Shown here: positions 53,687 through 64,000 of the stretch, piece by piece
Layout of the letters: every line of letters begins with the position of its first letter
Numbering within the stretch: position 1 is the first letter of the stretch
Assembly (NCBI RefSeq): GCF_006345805.1
Contig: NC_043002.1
Span: 104,408,001 to 104,472,000, forward strand
Length of the DNA: 64,000 nt
Direction of reading: 5' to 3'
Source: Octopus sinensis
Taxonomy: Eukaryota
Program-made: the position numbers and the translations under genes
The notes under the pieces: model-generated
Database searches by the model: none
What the model was told of the DNA's origin: nothing
What the model saw: the letters and a program-made list of their open reading frames with translations, nothing else

Positions 53687-54435
53687 ATGCCTCAACACAC
53701 GAACTCATATAAAGAATCTTGCAAACCAAATCCAAAAACGAAATTTCTAGAATGTCTTACAAATATTCACTGCGCCATTATAAATTGACTTTGGAGAATC
53801 CGGGTCAGTTTCTTTTGCTGTTTTTCGGTGAAACCAAGTATTTCTAGGTTGTGTTGAATTGCACATAAATACGCCCGTCCGTACGTGCGTGCATATGTAT
53901 GTATATACGTACGTACGTATGTATGTATGTTTGTATTTATGTATATATGTATGAATATAATTCCGAATCACCAGACTGAAATTCAAAACAGTTTTTACTT
54001 CCCTCATTAGGGAACTGTTATATATGCTCTCGATTGCGATCTAGTCAGTGATTCTGAAATATGCGTGCAATCTCTTGTATCTGCATTTGACTCAGCTTGT
54101 GATGATTTTGGCTTTACCATCAACCTGAAAAAAAAAATGAAACAGTTGTAATGTATCAACGTGCATGTGGTGCTGTTTGCAACCCATCTAAAATTTCTGT
54201 TTATATGAAGATTTTGATTTCTTCACCTATCTTCGAAGCTTCGTACAAAATGATGGAAATCTCGATACAGAAATGTGTCTGTGAATGCAAAGGGTAGAAC
54301 AGGCATTTGGTGGTTTGGAGCCACGTGTTTGGCACCAGCGACATACAAATAACAATACAAAATTGGCTCTTTACAAATCATTGTCTGGTGTTTTCTTCTG
54401 GAACGTGGGTATATTATAAAAGACATTTCAAATTG

Positions 54436-55652
54436 TTAGAACAATTCCACCAAAAATGCCTCATCGCATTTTAAGCATTAAATGGAGTTCTTTTACTCCA
54501 AACACTGATGTCCTTACGTCTGCAGGCATCACCTCAATTAAAGCTATGATTCTGGAAATCCAAAGGAGATGGTTTATCCATATTGTTCGAATGGCAGATG
54601 AACGCACATCCAAACAACAGTTTCATGGAGAGCTTGCAGAGGGGAAATGCTATTGGTGTAAACCTCAAAAGGAGTTTAAAGACGAAATAAGGACTACCAT
54701 GAAGTCACTTGGAATGGATGCAGAGGACATACATACCCTTGCTTCAGATCGATCTGGATGGCGAACAAAAGTGTGAAGTGGAGTAAAAGCGTTTGAAGAG
54801 GCCAGTAAAATACATGCAAGACTCAAGGGAGATTTAAAGAAGAATATTACGATCGAGATGAATCACAATGACCTTTGTGTGTGCACAGTTTGTGACGGAT
54901 CATGCCTTTATTTTACAGGGCTCAAATTTCATTTGCGGACCCATGAAATACGAACCTCCACCAAATATTCTGAATATATGTGTGTGTACCCCAATCAATG
55001 CTGTGTATGCCATAAGTTCTTACAATCTAACGGAGGCCTCAAAAAGATATTTTAAGATCCCAAAATATCAGATCTTAACTGCAGATCTTGGTGGTCCAAA
55101 TCGGATATGCAATCTCTGTGGGTGCTTTTCAAAACATTGTCTGTTTAAAAACCCATATCAGACGCCATAATGGATCTAAGGTGTAAGTACAGGAGGTGGT
55201 CAACCACCGTGTATGTATGTATGCATGTTTGTATGTATGAATGTATGTATGTTTGTATGTATGAATGTATGTATGTATGTATGCATGTTTGTATGTATGA
55301 ATGTATGTATGTTTGTATGTATGAATGTATGTATGTATGTATGTATGCATGTATGTATATATGTATGTATCTGTGTATGCATGATTGTATGTATGAATGT
55401 ATGTATGTTTGTATGTATGAATGTATGTATGAATGTATTTATGTATGTATGTTTGTATGTATGAATGTATGTATGTATGCATGTATGTATCTATGTATGT
55501 TTGTTTGTATGTATGAATGTATGTATGTTTGCATGTATTAATGTATGTATGAATGCATGTATGAATGCATGTATGCATGTATGTATGTATGTATATATGT
55601 ATGTATGTATGCATGTATGTATGCATGTATGTCTGTATGCATGTATGTATGT
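54436..55652 (+). mobile_element. 5'-truncated RTE-clade LINE: ORF C-terminus with C2H2-like fingers and a long degenerate (TATG)n tail (55211-55652)
   Basis: LEQFHQKC..ILSIKW..RWFIHIVRMADERTSKQQFHGELAEGK...DRSGWRTKV (RTE C-terminal motif); CTVCDGSC..GLKFHLRTH; CCVCHK..GGLK. Confidence 0.85.
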
Positions 55653-55845
55653 GTAGAGAGACAGAAAACATCCAAGAGCTGATAACTTTAATCTATATAA
55701 AAGCTTCTAACTGCGGTGAAAAGCAATTTTAGCCGAGAGGAGTTCAATCGATGCCACTATGCTCAGTATATGACAGGTTGCCTCCCGTATTGAAACCAGA
55801 ACGCTGAAATGGCAAAACGTAACTTGGCATTACGAAACTTCTTAC

Positions 55846-55969
55846 ATAAATAGCCGGAAGCAATCCTGCAAGTTGTTCTTCAGATTCTAACGTCTTTGCC
55901 CGTTCGCCAACATCTTCAAGCACGTATATTTCTCCATTTATTGACAACGGTACTTGTTGCGTCACCACG
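55846..55969 (-). CDS. candidate exon (VVTQQVPLSINGEIYVLEDVGERAKTLESEEQLAGLLPAIY)
   Basis: Donor gtaaga, weak acceptor ttgtaaag, open frame with protein-like composition. No homology recognised. Confidence 0.22.
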
Positions 55970-57231
55970 CTTTACAATGGTCGCATTCATTCTCTTACCT
56001 ATTCAAATCTATACTGCCTTTCATTCTTTCTCTCCACACACACACACACACATACACACACACATATATATAAAATAGATAGAATGTGTTAAGATTTGTG
56101 AGATTCAGTGAGAGGAAGAAAGAGAGTGTGAAAAAGAAAGAAGCTTTTATATACGGATATGGACCAACAATAACATTTTGAAGTTACATAACAATCGAAG
56201 ATACAGAAATATGACGCAATAAATTTGTAAAAACATGAAGTATTCAAGATGGAATCAGTGGAATATTTCTGATGGAGAGATTTCCTCGATTGTGTTGATT
56301 TGCCGCCAATATTCCTCGTTTCAATAGAACGTGTTTGCTAAACATTTAGATTGCACTATGCAGTGGTTTTATGAGGAAAATATCCAAACCTTACAATGTT
56401 AGCGAATCAAACAGCCAGAAGAAATATTAATATCGTTATTCGGATGGTGAATAATTATTAAACCAAAGTAATATCGATGAACTTGGAAGAAGACGATGAA
56501 CATGACTGAAAACCTGTGAAATCTGTATCACTGAAGTGTATCAAATTAATGTTTCTACAGTGGCAGACGACATGCCGTTGTCGAAATTAAATCGCCTTCA
56601 TCATAATTCCACTGGTTATAAAGCGCCCGTCCCCGCTACCGTCACACTGGGTGGACGTGTGGGATTTATGGCGCACTACAACGTGTGAAATCGCTTCTTA
56701 GACAACATGGCTCCTGTATAGAGAATACAGGTTGTATTTCATATGAAATTAATAACTAATCTCCCTTGAAGGTGTTATTACGTTTACCTGTATATTTTAT
56801 GACAAAATGATGAAAAAATTGCAACGGATAAAACGCTGTACGAAACAACATTTTTATAATCTTTTGAACTGCAAGGCATAGCAGCTTAATTTCACTCATA
56901 TATTATCTTATCTTATTTAAAGTCTGTATTGTTAGTCAATGATTAATAGAGTCGGAATAATATAAAGGTATGTGTAAAAGACTGACTGGGAGCTGCTAGA
57001 ATACTTGCTATAATTCTGCAAATAAGTATTTTAATCGTTGATGTCACGAAGAATATACACAAACCTGTTACAGTTTGATCTCAGATCATACAAAAGATTG
57101 ATATCGATTTCAAATTTTGGCACAATGCCAGTAATATCACGCGAGAGCTAAGTCGATTATGTTAATCCCAGTGCTCAACAGTTACTCGTTATATCGATTC
57201 CGAAATGTTAAAAAGGAAAGTCACATTCATC

Positions 57232-57380
57232 CTGCAGTTATTCTGTGCAGGAGTCTCTAATTTGCATACCCCAAATTTTTATCCGCTTTATAAACTGGAT
57301 ATATACTCAAGAAATGCAGCACATATTCTATGAAGGAGTCCCTAAATTGCATACCTAAAAGTTTCCAGTAAAAAGAATAG

Positions 57381-57415
<35 letters not shown>

Positions 57416-58190
57416 CGTGTATATTAAACACATAAAGAGGCTTCCAAATAGGAAACCTTTGTGCTAGAAAGAGTAGTAGAAAACTCAAACCACTAATTAG
57501 GGATAAATTCTCAAAAGGAATGAAAATTAAAACGGTTTACCATCACATTTAGATCCTAGACTACGTAAATATTTTTTTTACTGGAAACTTTTCGGTATGC
57601 ATAGAATAGCTGCTGTATTTGTTGAGTATATATACAGTTTATAGGGTGTTCAAAATTTTCGGTATGCAAATTAGGGACCCCTGCATAGAATAACAGCTGC
57701 ATTTGTTGAGTATTTTAACGGTTTATAGATTGTTAAACATCTTCGGTATGCGCGGCTCCGGCAGGGGATGGTGGTGATCCCTGCTGTACTATTTCACCAC
57801 AACTTTCTCTCACTCTTATTTTCTGTTTCTGTTGTACCTGTATTTCAAAGGGCCGGCCTTGTCACTCTCTGTGTCACGCTGAATATCCCCGAGAACTACG
57901 TTAAGGGTACACGTGTCTGTGGAGTGCTCAGCCACTTACACGTTAATTTCCCGAGCAGGCTGTTCCATTGATCCGGATCAACCGGAACCCTCGTCGTCGT
58001 AACCGACGGAGTGCTTCCAGATTGTTAAACATTTCCGGTATGCAATGTTAGGAACTCCTGCATAGAATAACTGCTTCAATTGTTCAGCACATATACAGTT
58101 TATAGAGTGTTAAACATTTTCGGTATGCAAATTAAGGACTCTTGCATAGAATAACTGCTGCATTTGTTGAGTATTTAAACAGTTTACACA
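57232..58190. mobile_element. foldback-type element with inverted arms made of 84-85-bp tandem units
   Basis: Right arm units marked by CGGTATGC at 57660, 57744, 58036 and 58121; left arm rc units marked by GCATACC at 57264 and 57349; inner IR AAAAGTTTCCAGTAAAAA/TTTTTACTGGAAACTTTT. Confidence 0.7.
57752..58018 (+). mobile_element. 5'-truncated SINE family D inserted in the foldback arm
   Basis: Family D body and tail; 25-bp duplication (2 mismatches) at 57727-57751 and 58019-58043. Confidence 0.92.
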
Positions 58191-58245
58191 TACATACATC
58201 AAACATACAAACATACATACATACATACATACATACGTACATACA

Positions 58246-58279
<34 letters not shown>

Positions 58280-58321
58280 CATACATACATATATACTTAT
58301 ATACATATATATATATATATA

Positions 58322-59924
58322 CAGTTGCGGCCAAAATGTTCAGAACGGCATTGTTTTTGTCAGAAAAGTAAGTATAAATTTTTATCAAAGTAGTTTTATA
58401 TTCTATAATTTTCACAAACAATAAATACAATATTTATTGTTATTGTCTGAGATTTTGGTGTATTTCAGAGGATAATACAAAAGCTATGGATGATTTAGTG
58501 ATTTACTGCAAAACCCATGGCGGCCAAAATGATCAGAACGGTTTAAAAAATAAAATAATCAAAAGTGACAGAGAATACTGGAATTATTTAATATTTAAGC
58601 CCTTTAGCTTCAATCAGACTCTGACATCTTCGACTGCATGAGGAAATTAAATTTTCAATTTCTTGCTGGGTGATCTTATTCCATTCTTCCTGAAGGGCAT
58701 TCCATAATTGCTCAGTTGTTTTAGGATTTCTTGCTTTCGAACGTTTTCCTTGAATATTCAATACGTTTTCAATAGGATTGAGATCTGGGCTTTGAGCAAG
58801 CCAATCCATAACAATAACCTTTTCAGCCTTGAGGAAGTTCATGACCACCTTAGCCTTCTGACATGGGGCATTGTCCTGCATGAATATGGGTGGTCGCTTA
58901 GTTGAATTTCTCAGCACAGGCAAGACATGATCTTTTACGAGTTGTTTATAAACTCCTGCATTTACCTTTCCATGTAATCGCACCAAAGGGCCCACACCAT
59001 CTCCAGATACCATCACCCAAAACATGACACTTCCTCCACCGAATTTAACACTAGTCTTAAGGCATTTAGGCGACAATTTTTCACCTACTTTTCGACGAAC
59101 GTACCTTTTCCCATCTGAGCCAAATAACATAAACTTAGATTCATCACTGAAATGCACCGTTTGCCATTTTTCTTGAGACCACAACACATGTTCGGTTGCA
59201 AAAGTAAGACGACACTTTTTATTCTTGGAGCTGATCAGTGGCTTCACTGCAGGTGCTCTTGCTTGTAGGTCATGTTCAACTGAAGGATGAGACAGGTTTT
59301 CGAGATAAGTTTTCTTCAATACAATGCTCATTTTCCGAGAAACAGCAGCAGCAGTTTTAAATCTGTCCTTTTTAACCAACTTTACCATAGCACGATCTTC
59401 TCTCTTGGTCGTTTTTCTTGGCCTACATGTAAACTTTCTTGCTTCACACGAACCACAATCATCGTAGATCTTAAGAACACCGTGTACAACACTTTTTGCC
59501 TTGTTAACGATCTTTGCAATAGATCCAATACTTAAATTATCCTTCCTTCGAAGCTTAACAAACTGCTGACGAATTGGTAACGAAGTAAGTGGCATTATAT
59601 TAACAAAGTACACTGCAAATATTAGTAAACGAACCGTCACGTAAACAAATTCAAAACATTAGTGTTCAGCGGTTAAATATACTAAAACACGGAGTAAAAG
59701 CAACCGTTCTGATCATTTTGGCCGCCTTGGGTTTTGCAGTAAATCAGTAAATCATCCATAACCTTTGTATTATCCCCTCAAATTACACCAAAATCTCAGG
59801 CAGTAACAAATAATATCGTATTTATTGTCCGTGAAAATTATAGAATATAAAACAACTTTGATAAAAAATTATATCTACTTTTCTGACGAAAACAATGCCG
59901 TTCTGAACATTTTGACCGCCACTG
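58322..59924 (-). mobile_element. Tc1 transposon, IR/DR type, 1603 bp
   Basis: About 220-bp TIRs (58322-58542, 59703-59924), each with outer and inner DR GCGGCCAAAATG(T/A)TCAGAACGG; CAGT..ACTG ends; TA flanks. Confidence 0.95.
58588..59595 (-). CDS. Tc1 DD34E transposase; open frame but probably non-functional
   Basis: HTH N-terminus, RPRKTT, FSDESKF, QDNAP, SPDLNPIEN with 34 residues between D and E. Likely start ATG 59595. Conserved residues altered (APCH>APCQ, WPAQ>WLAQ, ENVW>ENVL). Confidence 0.9.
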   Translation of the reverse strand: MPLTSLPIRQQFVKLRRKDNLSIGSIAKIVNKAKSVVHGVLKIYDDCGSCEARKFTCRPRKTTKREDRAMVKLVKKDRFKTAAAVSRKMSIVLKKTYLENLSHPSVEHDLQARAPAVKPLISSKNKKCRLTFATEHVLWSQEKWQTVHFSDESKFMLFGSDGKRYVRRKVGEKLSPKCLKTSVKFGGGSVMFWVMVSGDGVGPLVRLHGKVNAGVYKQLVKDHVLPVLRNSTKRPPIFMQDNAPCQKAKVVMNFLKAEKVIVMDWLAQSPDLNPIENVLNIQGKRSKARNPKTTEQLWNALQEEWNKITQQEIENLISSCSRRCQSLIEAKGLKY

Positions 59925-59927
59925 TAT

Positions 59928-59960
<33 letters not shown>

Positions 59961-59984
59961 CATACATACATACATATATATATG

Positions 59985-60045
<61 letters not shown>

Positions 60046-60167
60046 ATATTGTTATATTTCGGAATGGTCATATTGCCAGTTTAGCCAATAAAAACACACG
60101 CACTATATATTTGGTGTTATTTTGCTTCAGTGATATTTATTTTTTACATTAATCTTGATCTTATTTC

Positions 60168-60212
60168 GGCCAAAGTTCTTTCGTCACGCTCCTGTGACCG
60201 CATCAGTGGTCC
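60168..60212 (-). ncRNA. type I hammerhead ribozyme motif in the PLE 3' UTR (A9 substituted)
   Basis: GGACCA-CUGAUGC-G-GUCAC-AGGAGC-GUGAC-GAAA-G-AA-CUU^-UGGCC: 5-bp stem II, stem I CCA/UGG. Folded by hand. Confidence 0.6.
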
Positions 60213-60526
60213 TTTGTTTTCTTCTCACTTACTTGTGTCTCCCCTTACTAACCGTCAGCCATTTGTATTTCTATGTATGTCTTCATTTGCGCATGCTTAT
60301 ATCTCTATGTGCGTCTATGTTTATTTAGTGTGTGTGTGGGGGGGATGCCTGTAATATTTCTATCTTCTGTTTATATACATTCTTGTAATTGTATTTTGTT
60401 TTTGTTGTTGTTGCTTTTGTTCGAATTTTGTTCATGTGTTTACATCCACCCATTATTATCATTAATATGCTTGTATGTATAACAACAATATTAGTAATAT
60501 AATAATAAATCTAATCGAAAAAAAAA

Positions 60527-60632
<106 letters not shown>

Positions 60633-60875
60633 TACACACATACATATATATATATATATATACACACATACATATATATAGTTATTCATTTCTATTTCTT
60701 TAATTTTCTGTGTATTTATTATGTTTGCAGGATCCACTATCGTCATATGTTGTGGTGTGTGCTATTGCTCCATTCTAGTTTTCTATTCAGGCTAGGTTAT
60801 TTTCTATTATATGTGTAGCTTCTGTAATTTGTCTAATTGTTGCATCTGTTCTATGTGTGGACAATATCTTAATCT

Positions 60876-62417
60876 CTATGTTATTGATTGATCCCCGTGT
60901 TCTTGTTCGGCGTGTTGGTACAGAATCGATGAGCTTTTACCTTCCTTGAGTTTTCTCCAATGTTCATTCACCCGCTCTCCAATGCTTCTTGCTGTTTCCC
61001 CTACGTATGTTACTGTCTTGTTACTGCATCGTCCCTCTATACATCTTATACTATAGACCACATTTCTGGCTTTACAGTTTGATTGTGGGCTAAATCTACA
61101 TACAGTGCAATAGTTATCCGTACAGAGAGTTCTACTAAAAGGATAGGTTCTACCAATTATAGATCTGATAGGGTTGCCTGGCTTTTCAACAACCTTAATT
61201 CTTAGTTTAAGTTTATCTAGGGTCCTTCTAAAGCGGTACGCCAGTTCACCTCCAGGGGTGGTGTCAACGAACATGACACTCTGGTATTTATGGCTATCAT
61301 ACCAAGAGTTGGCCTTCCCTATTTTCTTTTTTGTCCTTTCTATAGTGTTCCATGACTTGTTCCTATAGAGTGGGCAAATCCCATTCCTATCATTACATAA
61401 TATATTATCAAATTTCTTCATGGCTCCTTTGTATACTCTGATCCTTTCTTTATGGCTGTAACCTGAGAACTGCATGCGGTGAATGAAATACTGTATGTGT
61501 CTCTTTAATTCTGTAGGCTCGCACATGCGTGACACATTTCTCATTATTCTGACGAGGTCTGCCATCAAAATATTGAATTTGGCATTGCCCGCAATGGCTG
61601 AGTTCCGGTGGATCAGGTATTTTGAGGCCATAGGTTTTGCATAGTATGAATGAAGGATTTGGGTTTTATTTTTCACAATTTCTAGCCAGAGTTCAGTGTC
61701 TAGTACTGGTAGTCTATGGTTGGGGTGTTTAGTGGGGTAGTCTATTGTGACCTTAATATTCTGGTGGATGGTGTTAGCTATTTGCTGGATGCTCTCCATA
61801 GTATTAGTTTCTATTACTATATCAACATTACTCTCTTGTGGGGGTGCCTTTACTACTATATTGATATCATCAACATAGCGAGAGTACATGCTTACGAGTA
61901 TGGATTTCTGCAGTAGGCATTCTTTAAGCCTTCTGTCCCACCATACCATGAAGAGGTTGGCCACATCACCAGCTATAGTAACACCGATGGCTGCCCCCTC
62001 GTCCTGGGCATATATTTTATTATTAAATTTAAATGTGTGGCCTTTTAGTGTAACTCTTATACTAGCTCCTAGTGCATGTGCGATCATTTTCTTTACCTGA
62101 TGGACATTTGCGGGGCTCCGTATGGCTCTGGTCCATCCGCGCCATCTTTCTATATGTGTCTTCCTAGCCATAGAAGTAATTGTAGGCGGTCTACCTCTTA
62201 AACATCTACTGGGGCAGAAACTACTAAGATTATGTTTATCTAAGTATTCACTATTATATGTCAGTCTAAGTAGGAGGCCCAGTTCTTCTGTGTCGACATT
62301 ACAGAGCTCCACCTGGCTCTCGTTGATCATCTCCACGCACTTCTCCACTGCAAAATCTACGTCAATCGATGGGTATAGGGATACCACATCCATGCTACCT
62401 ACTATACATCCTGTCAA
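60876..62417 (-). CDS. Penelope-like RT + GIY-YIG endonuclease, 5'-truncated, C-terminus frameshifted
   Basis: SMDVVSLYPSI, GAAIG, RYVDDI, LPVLD (PLE RT motifs); NVVYSIRC..YVGETARSIGERVNEH (GIY-YIG). Shifted frames continue IKILS..IRQITEA and LNRKLEW to about 60762. Confidence 0.92.
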   Translation of the reverse strand: MTGCIVGSMDVVSLYPSIDVDFAVEKCVEMINESQVELCNVDTEELGLLLRLTYNSEYLDKHNLSSFCPSRCLRGRPPTITSMARKTHIERWRGWTRAIRSPANVHQVKKMIAHALGASIRVTLKGHTFKFNNKIYAQDEGAAIGVTIAGDVANLFMVWWDRRLKECLLQKSILVSMYSRYVDDINIVVKAPPQESNVDIVIETNTMESIQQIANTIHQNIKVTIDYPTKHPNHRLPVLDTELWLEIVKNKTQILHSYYAKPMASKYLIHRNSAIAGNAKFNILMADLVRIMRNVSRMCEPTELKRHIQYFIHRMQFSGYSHKERIRVYKGAMKKFDNILCNDRNGICPLYRNKSWNTIERTKKKIGKANSWYDSHKYQSVMFVDTTPGGELAYRFRRTLDKLKLRIKVVEKPGNPIRSIIGRTYPFSRTLCTDNYCTVCRFSPQSNCKARNVVYSIRCIEGRCSNKTVTYVGETARSIGERVNEHWRKLKEGKSSSILYQHAEQEHGDQSIT

Positions 62418-62708
62418 GTCACAAGTTTTGTTACAGTCACTGATCCTGTTTATAACACCAAATATATAGTGCGTGTGTTTTTATTGGCTAAACTGGCAAT
62501 ATGACCATTCCGAAATATAACAATATCTGTTTCAACACACGACTTCACATAAAAAATCTTGCACAACAAATATTTAAACGTACTATATATATATATAATA
62601 TATATATATATGGGAGAAGAATTCCATTATCAATAATAAAAAAGGGTAATCAGTAATTTTACCAAGTAGAATTCGGCATGAAAAAGACCAATTCTTGGTA
62701 AGCTTAAG

Positions 62709-63023
62709 TAATACTTTATAATTAGGGTTCAGCAAAGATTTGCTTCACCACATACCGAAGTTTAGAATTAGCAGTCAAAATATCTAAGCTATTCCTTCTA
62801 CTTTAAATGGGCCTCCCAGAAAAACCAAAGTACTTGAAAACAATCCACGCAGGCAAAAGGGAAAAATAACGAAAATCAATCGATATTAGGTTACCCACGT
62901 ACGCGCGTTTCGGATTAGATCGGTATAAGACTGCTATTTCCAAGATTTTTTGACTGCTACTTCTAAACTTCGGTATGTGGTGAAGCAAATCTTTGCTTGC
63001 TGAACCCTAATTATAAAGTATTA
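62709..63023. repeat. inverted repeat with about 80-bp arms (62709-62785, 62943-63023)
   Basis: TAATACTTTATAATTAGGGTTCAGCAAAGATTTGCTTCACCACATACCGAAGTTTAGAA.TAGCAGTCAAAA against its reverse complement, which carries a 4-bp duplication. Confidence 0.85.
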
Positions 63024-63030
63024 TATGCAT

Positions 63031-63075
<45 letters not shown>

Positions 63076-63524
63076 GATAGATATACATATACATAATACA
63101 TATATATATATATATATATATAATATATATATATATATTATATATATATATTATATATATATATATATATATAAGTACATATATGCGTGTGAGTGAACGT
63201 GTGATTATGTATGTTCACATGTATGAGGGAAATGGAGGTGTATCGCATTACGGGCCGCGTATTTCAGTATCCCTGATGGTTTAAGAATTTCATAATACTT
63301 GAAATATTTTTAATTATCTCTGAAACACCTTATTAATAAATAAAGCCGTTATTGAAGCTAAGCAGAGATTATGAAAAACGGCTCCGGGTGATCTGGAAAT
63401 TAGGAAATAACTTAAATGCATAAACGTCATATTAAAATTTGCAAAGCCCCTACATTGCGGGAAAAAACATTTCAGATTTCTTCGTAAATGTAACCGTACT
63501 GACTTTTCCTCTAAAGTTATGTAT

Positions 63525-63865
63525 TCTTTTATTCTTCTATTTGTTTCAGTCATTTTAATGCGACCCTGCTGGAGCACCACATTTAGCTGATGATATCGAC
63601 CCCAGGACTTATTTTTTGTAAGCCTAGTACTTTTTCTGTCGAATCTCTTTTGAAGAACCGCTAAGTTACGGGGACGTAAACACAACAGCATAGGGTGTGA
63701 AGCGATGGTGGTGGGCGATACAATCACAATCTCAAACGCACACACACACACAAATACATACGACGGGCTTCTTTCAGTTTCCATTTACCAAATCAACTCA
63801 CAAGGCTCTGGTCGGCCCGAGGCTATAGTAGAAGACATTTGCCCAAGGTACCACGCAGTGGGGCT
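63525..63865 (-). mobile_element. SINE family B, 5'-truncated
   Basis: Family B core and tail on the minus strand; head missing upstream of CCCACTGCGTGGTACCTTGGGC. Confidence 0.88.
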
Positions 63866-64000
63866 ATTATTTCTTACATGGGTTGAAAATGTAAAAATAC
63901 ACACACACACACACATACACACATGCACACACACAAACTCATGCATATATGTGCGCTTCCAAATGTGTCTTGATTGCGTCATTCTTTTTAACCTTGGGCC

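Noticed and set aside
62895-62915. Hammerhead stem III-like GAAACGCGCGUA on the minus strand
   Set aside because: No CUGANGA core upstream.

Overview
AT-rich, repeat-dense eukaryotic DNA with no prokaryotic features. The repeat complement (tRNA-headed SINEs, very dense TA/CA/TATG/TATC microsatellites) suggests an octopus or other cephalopod genome; this is inferred from recalled repeat families, not from a search. No host gene is established, only a few weak minus-strand exon candidates. The window holds about five SINE families (about 20 copies), a decayed mariner (DD34D), an IR/DR Tc1 (DD34E) with an open but damaged transposase, a 5'-truncated Penelope-like element (RT + GIY-YIG) with perfect 75-bp inverted ends, RTE, CR1/L2-like and RLE-type LINE fragments, two non-autonomous Helitrons, a foldback element and several MITE-like palindromes. 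The most notable signal is a set of minimal type I hammerhead-ribozyme motifs. One lies in the Penelope 3' UTR, one in the tail of a tRNA-headed SINE, and six more in two dispersed families. Stem I differs between families but stays paired, most have a palindromic ACGU stem III, and the core variants are family-specific. Most ORFs in the supplied track are microsatellite artefacts. SINE family letters are my own labels.
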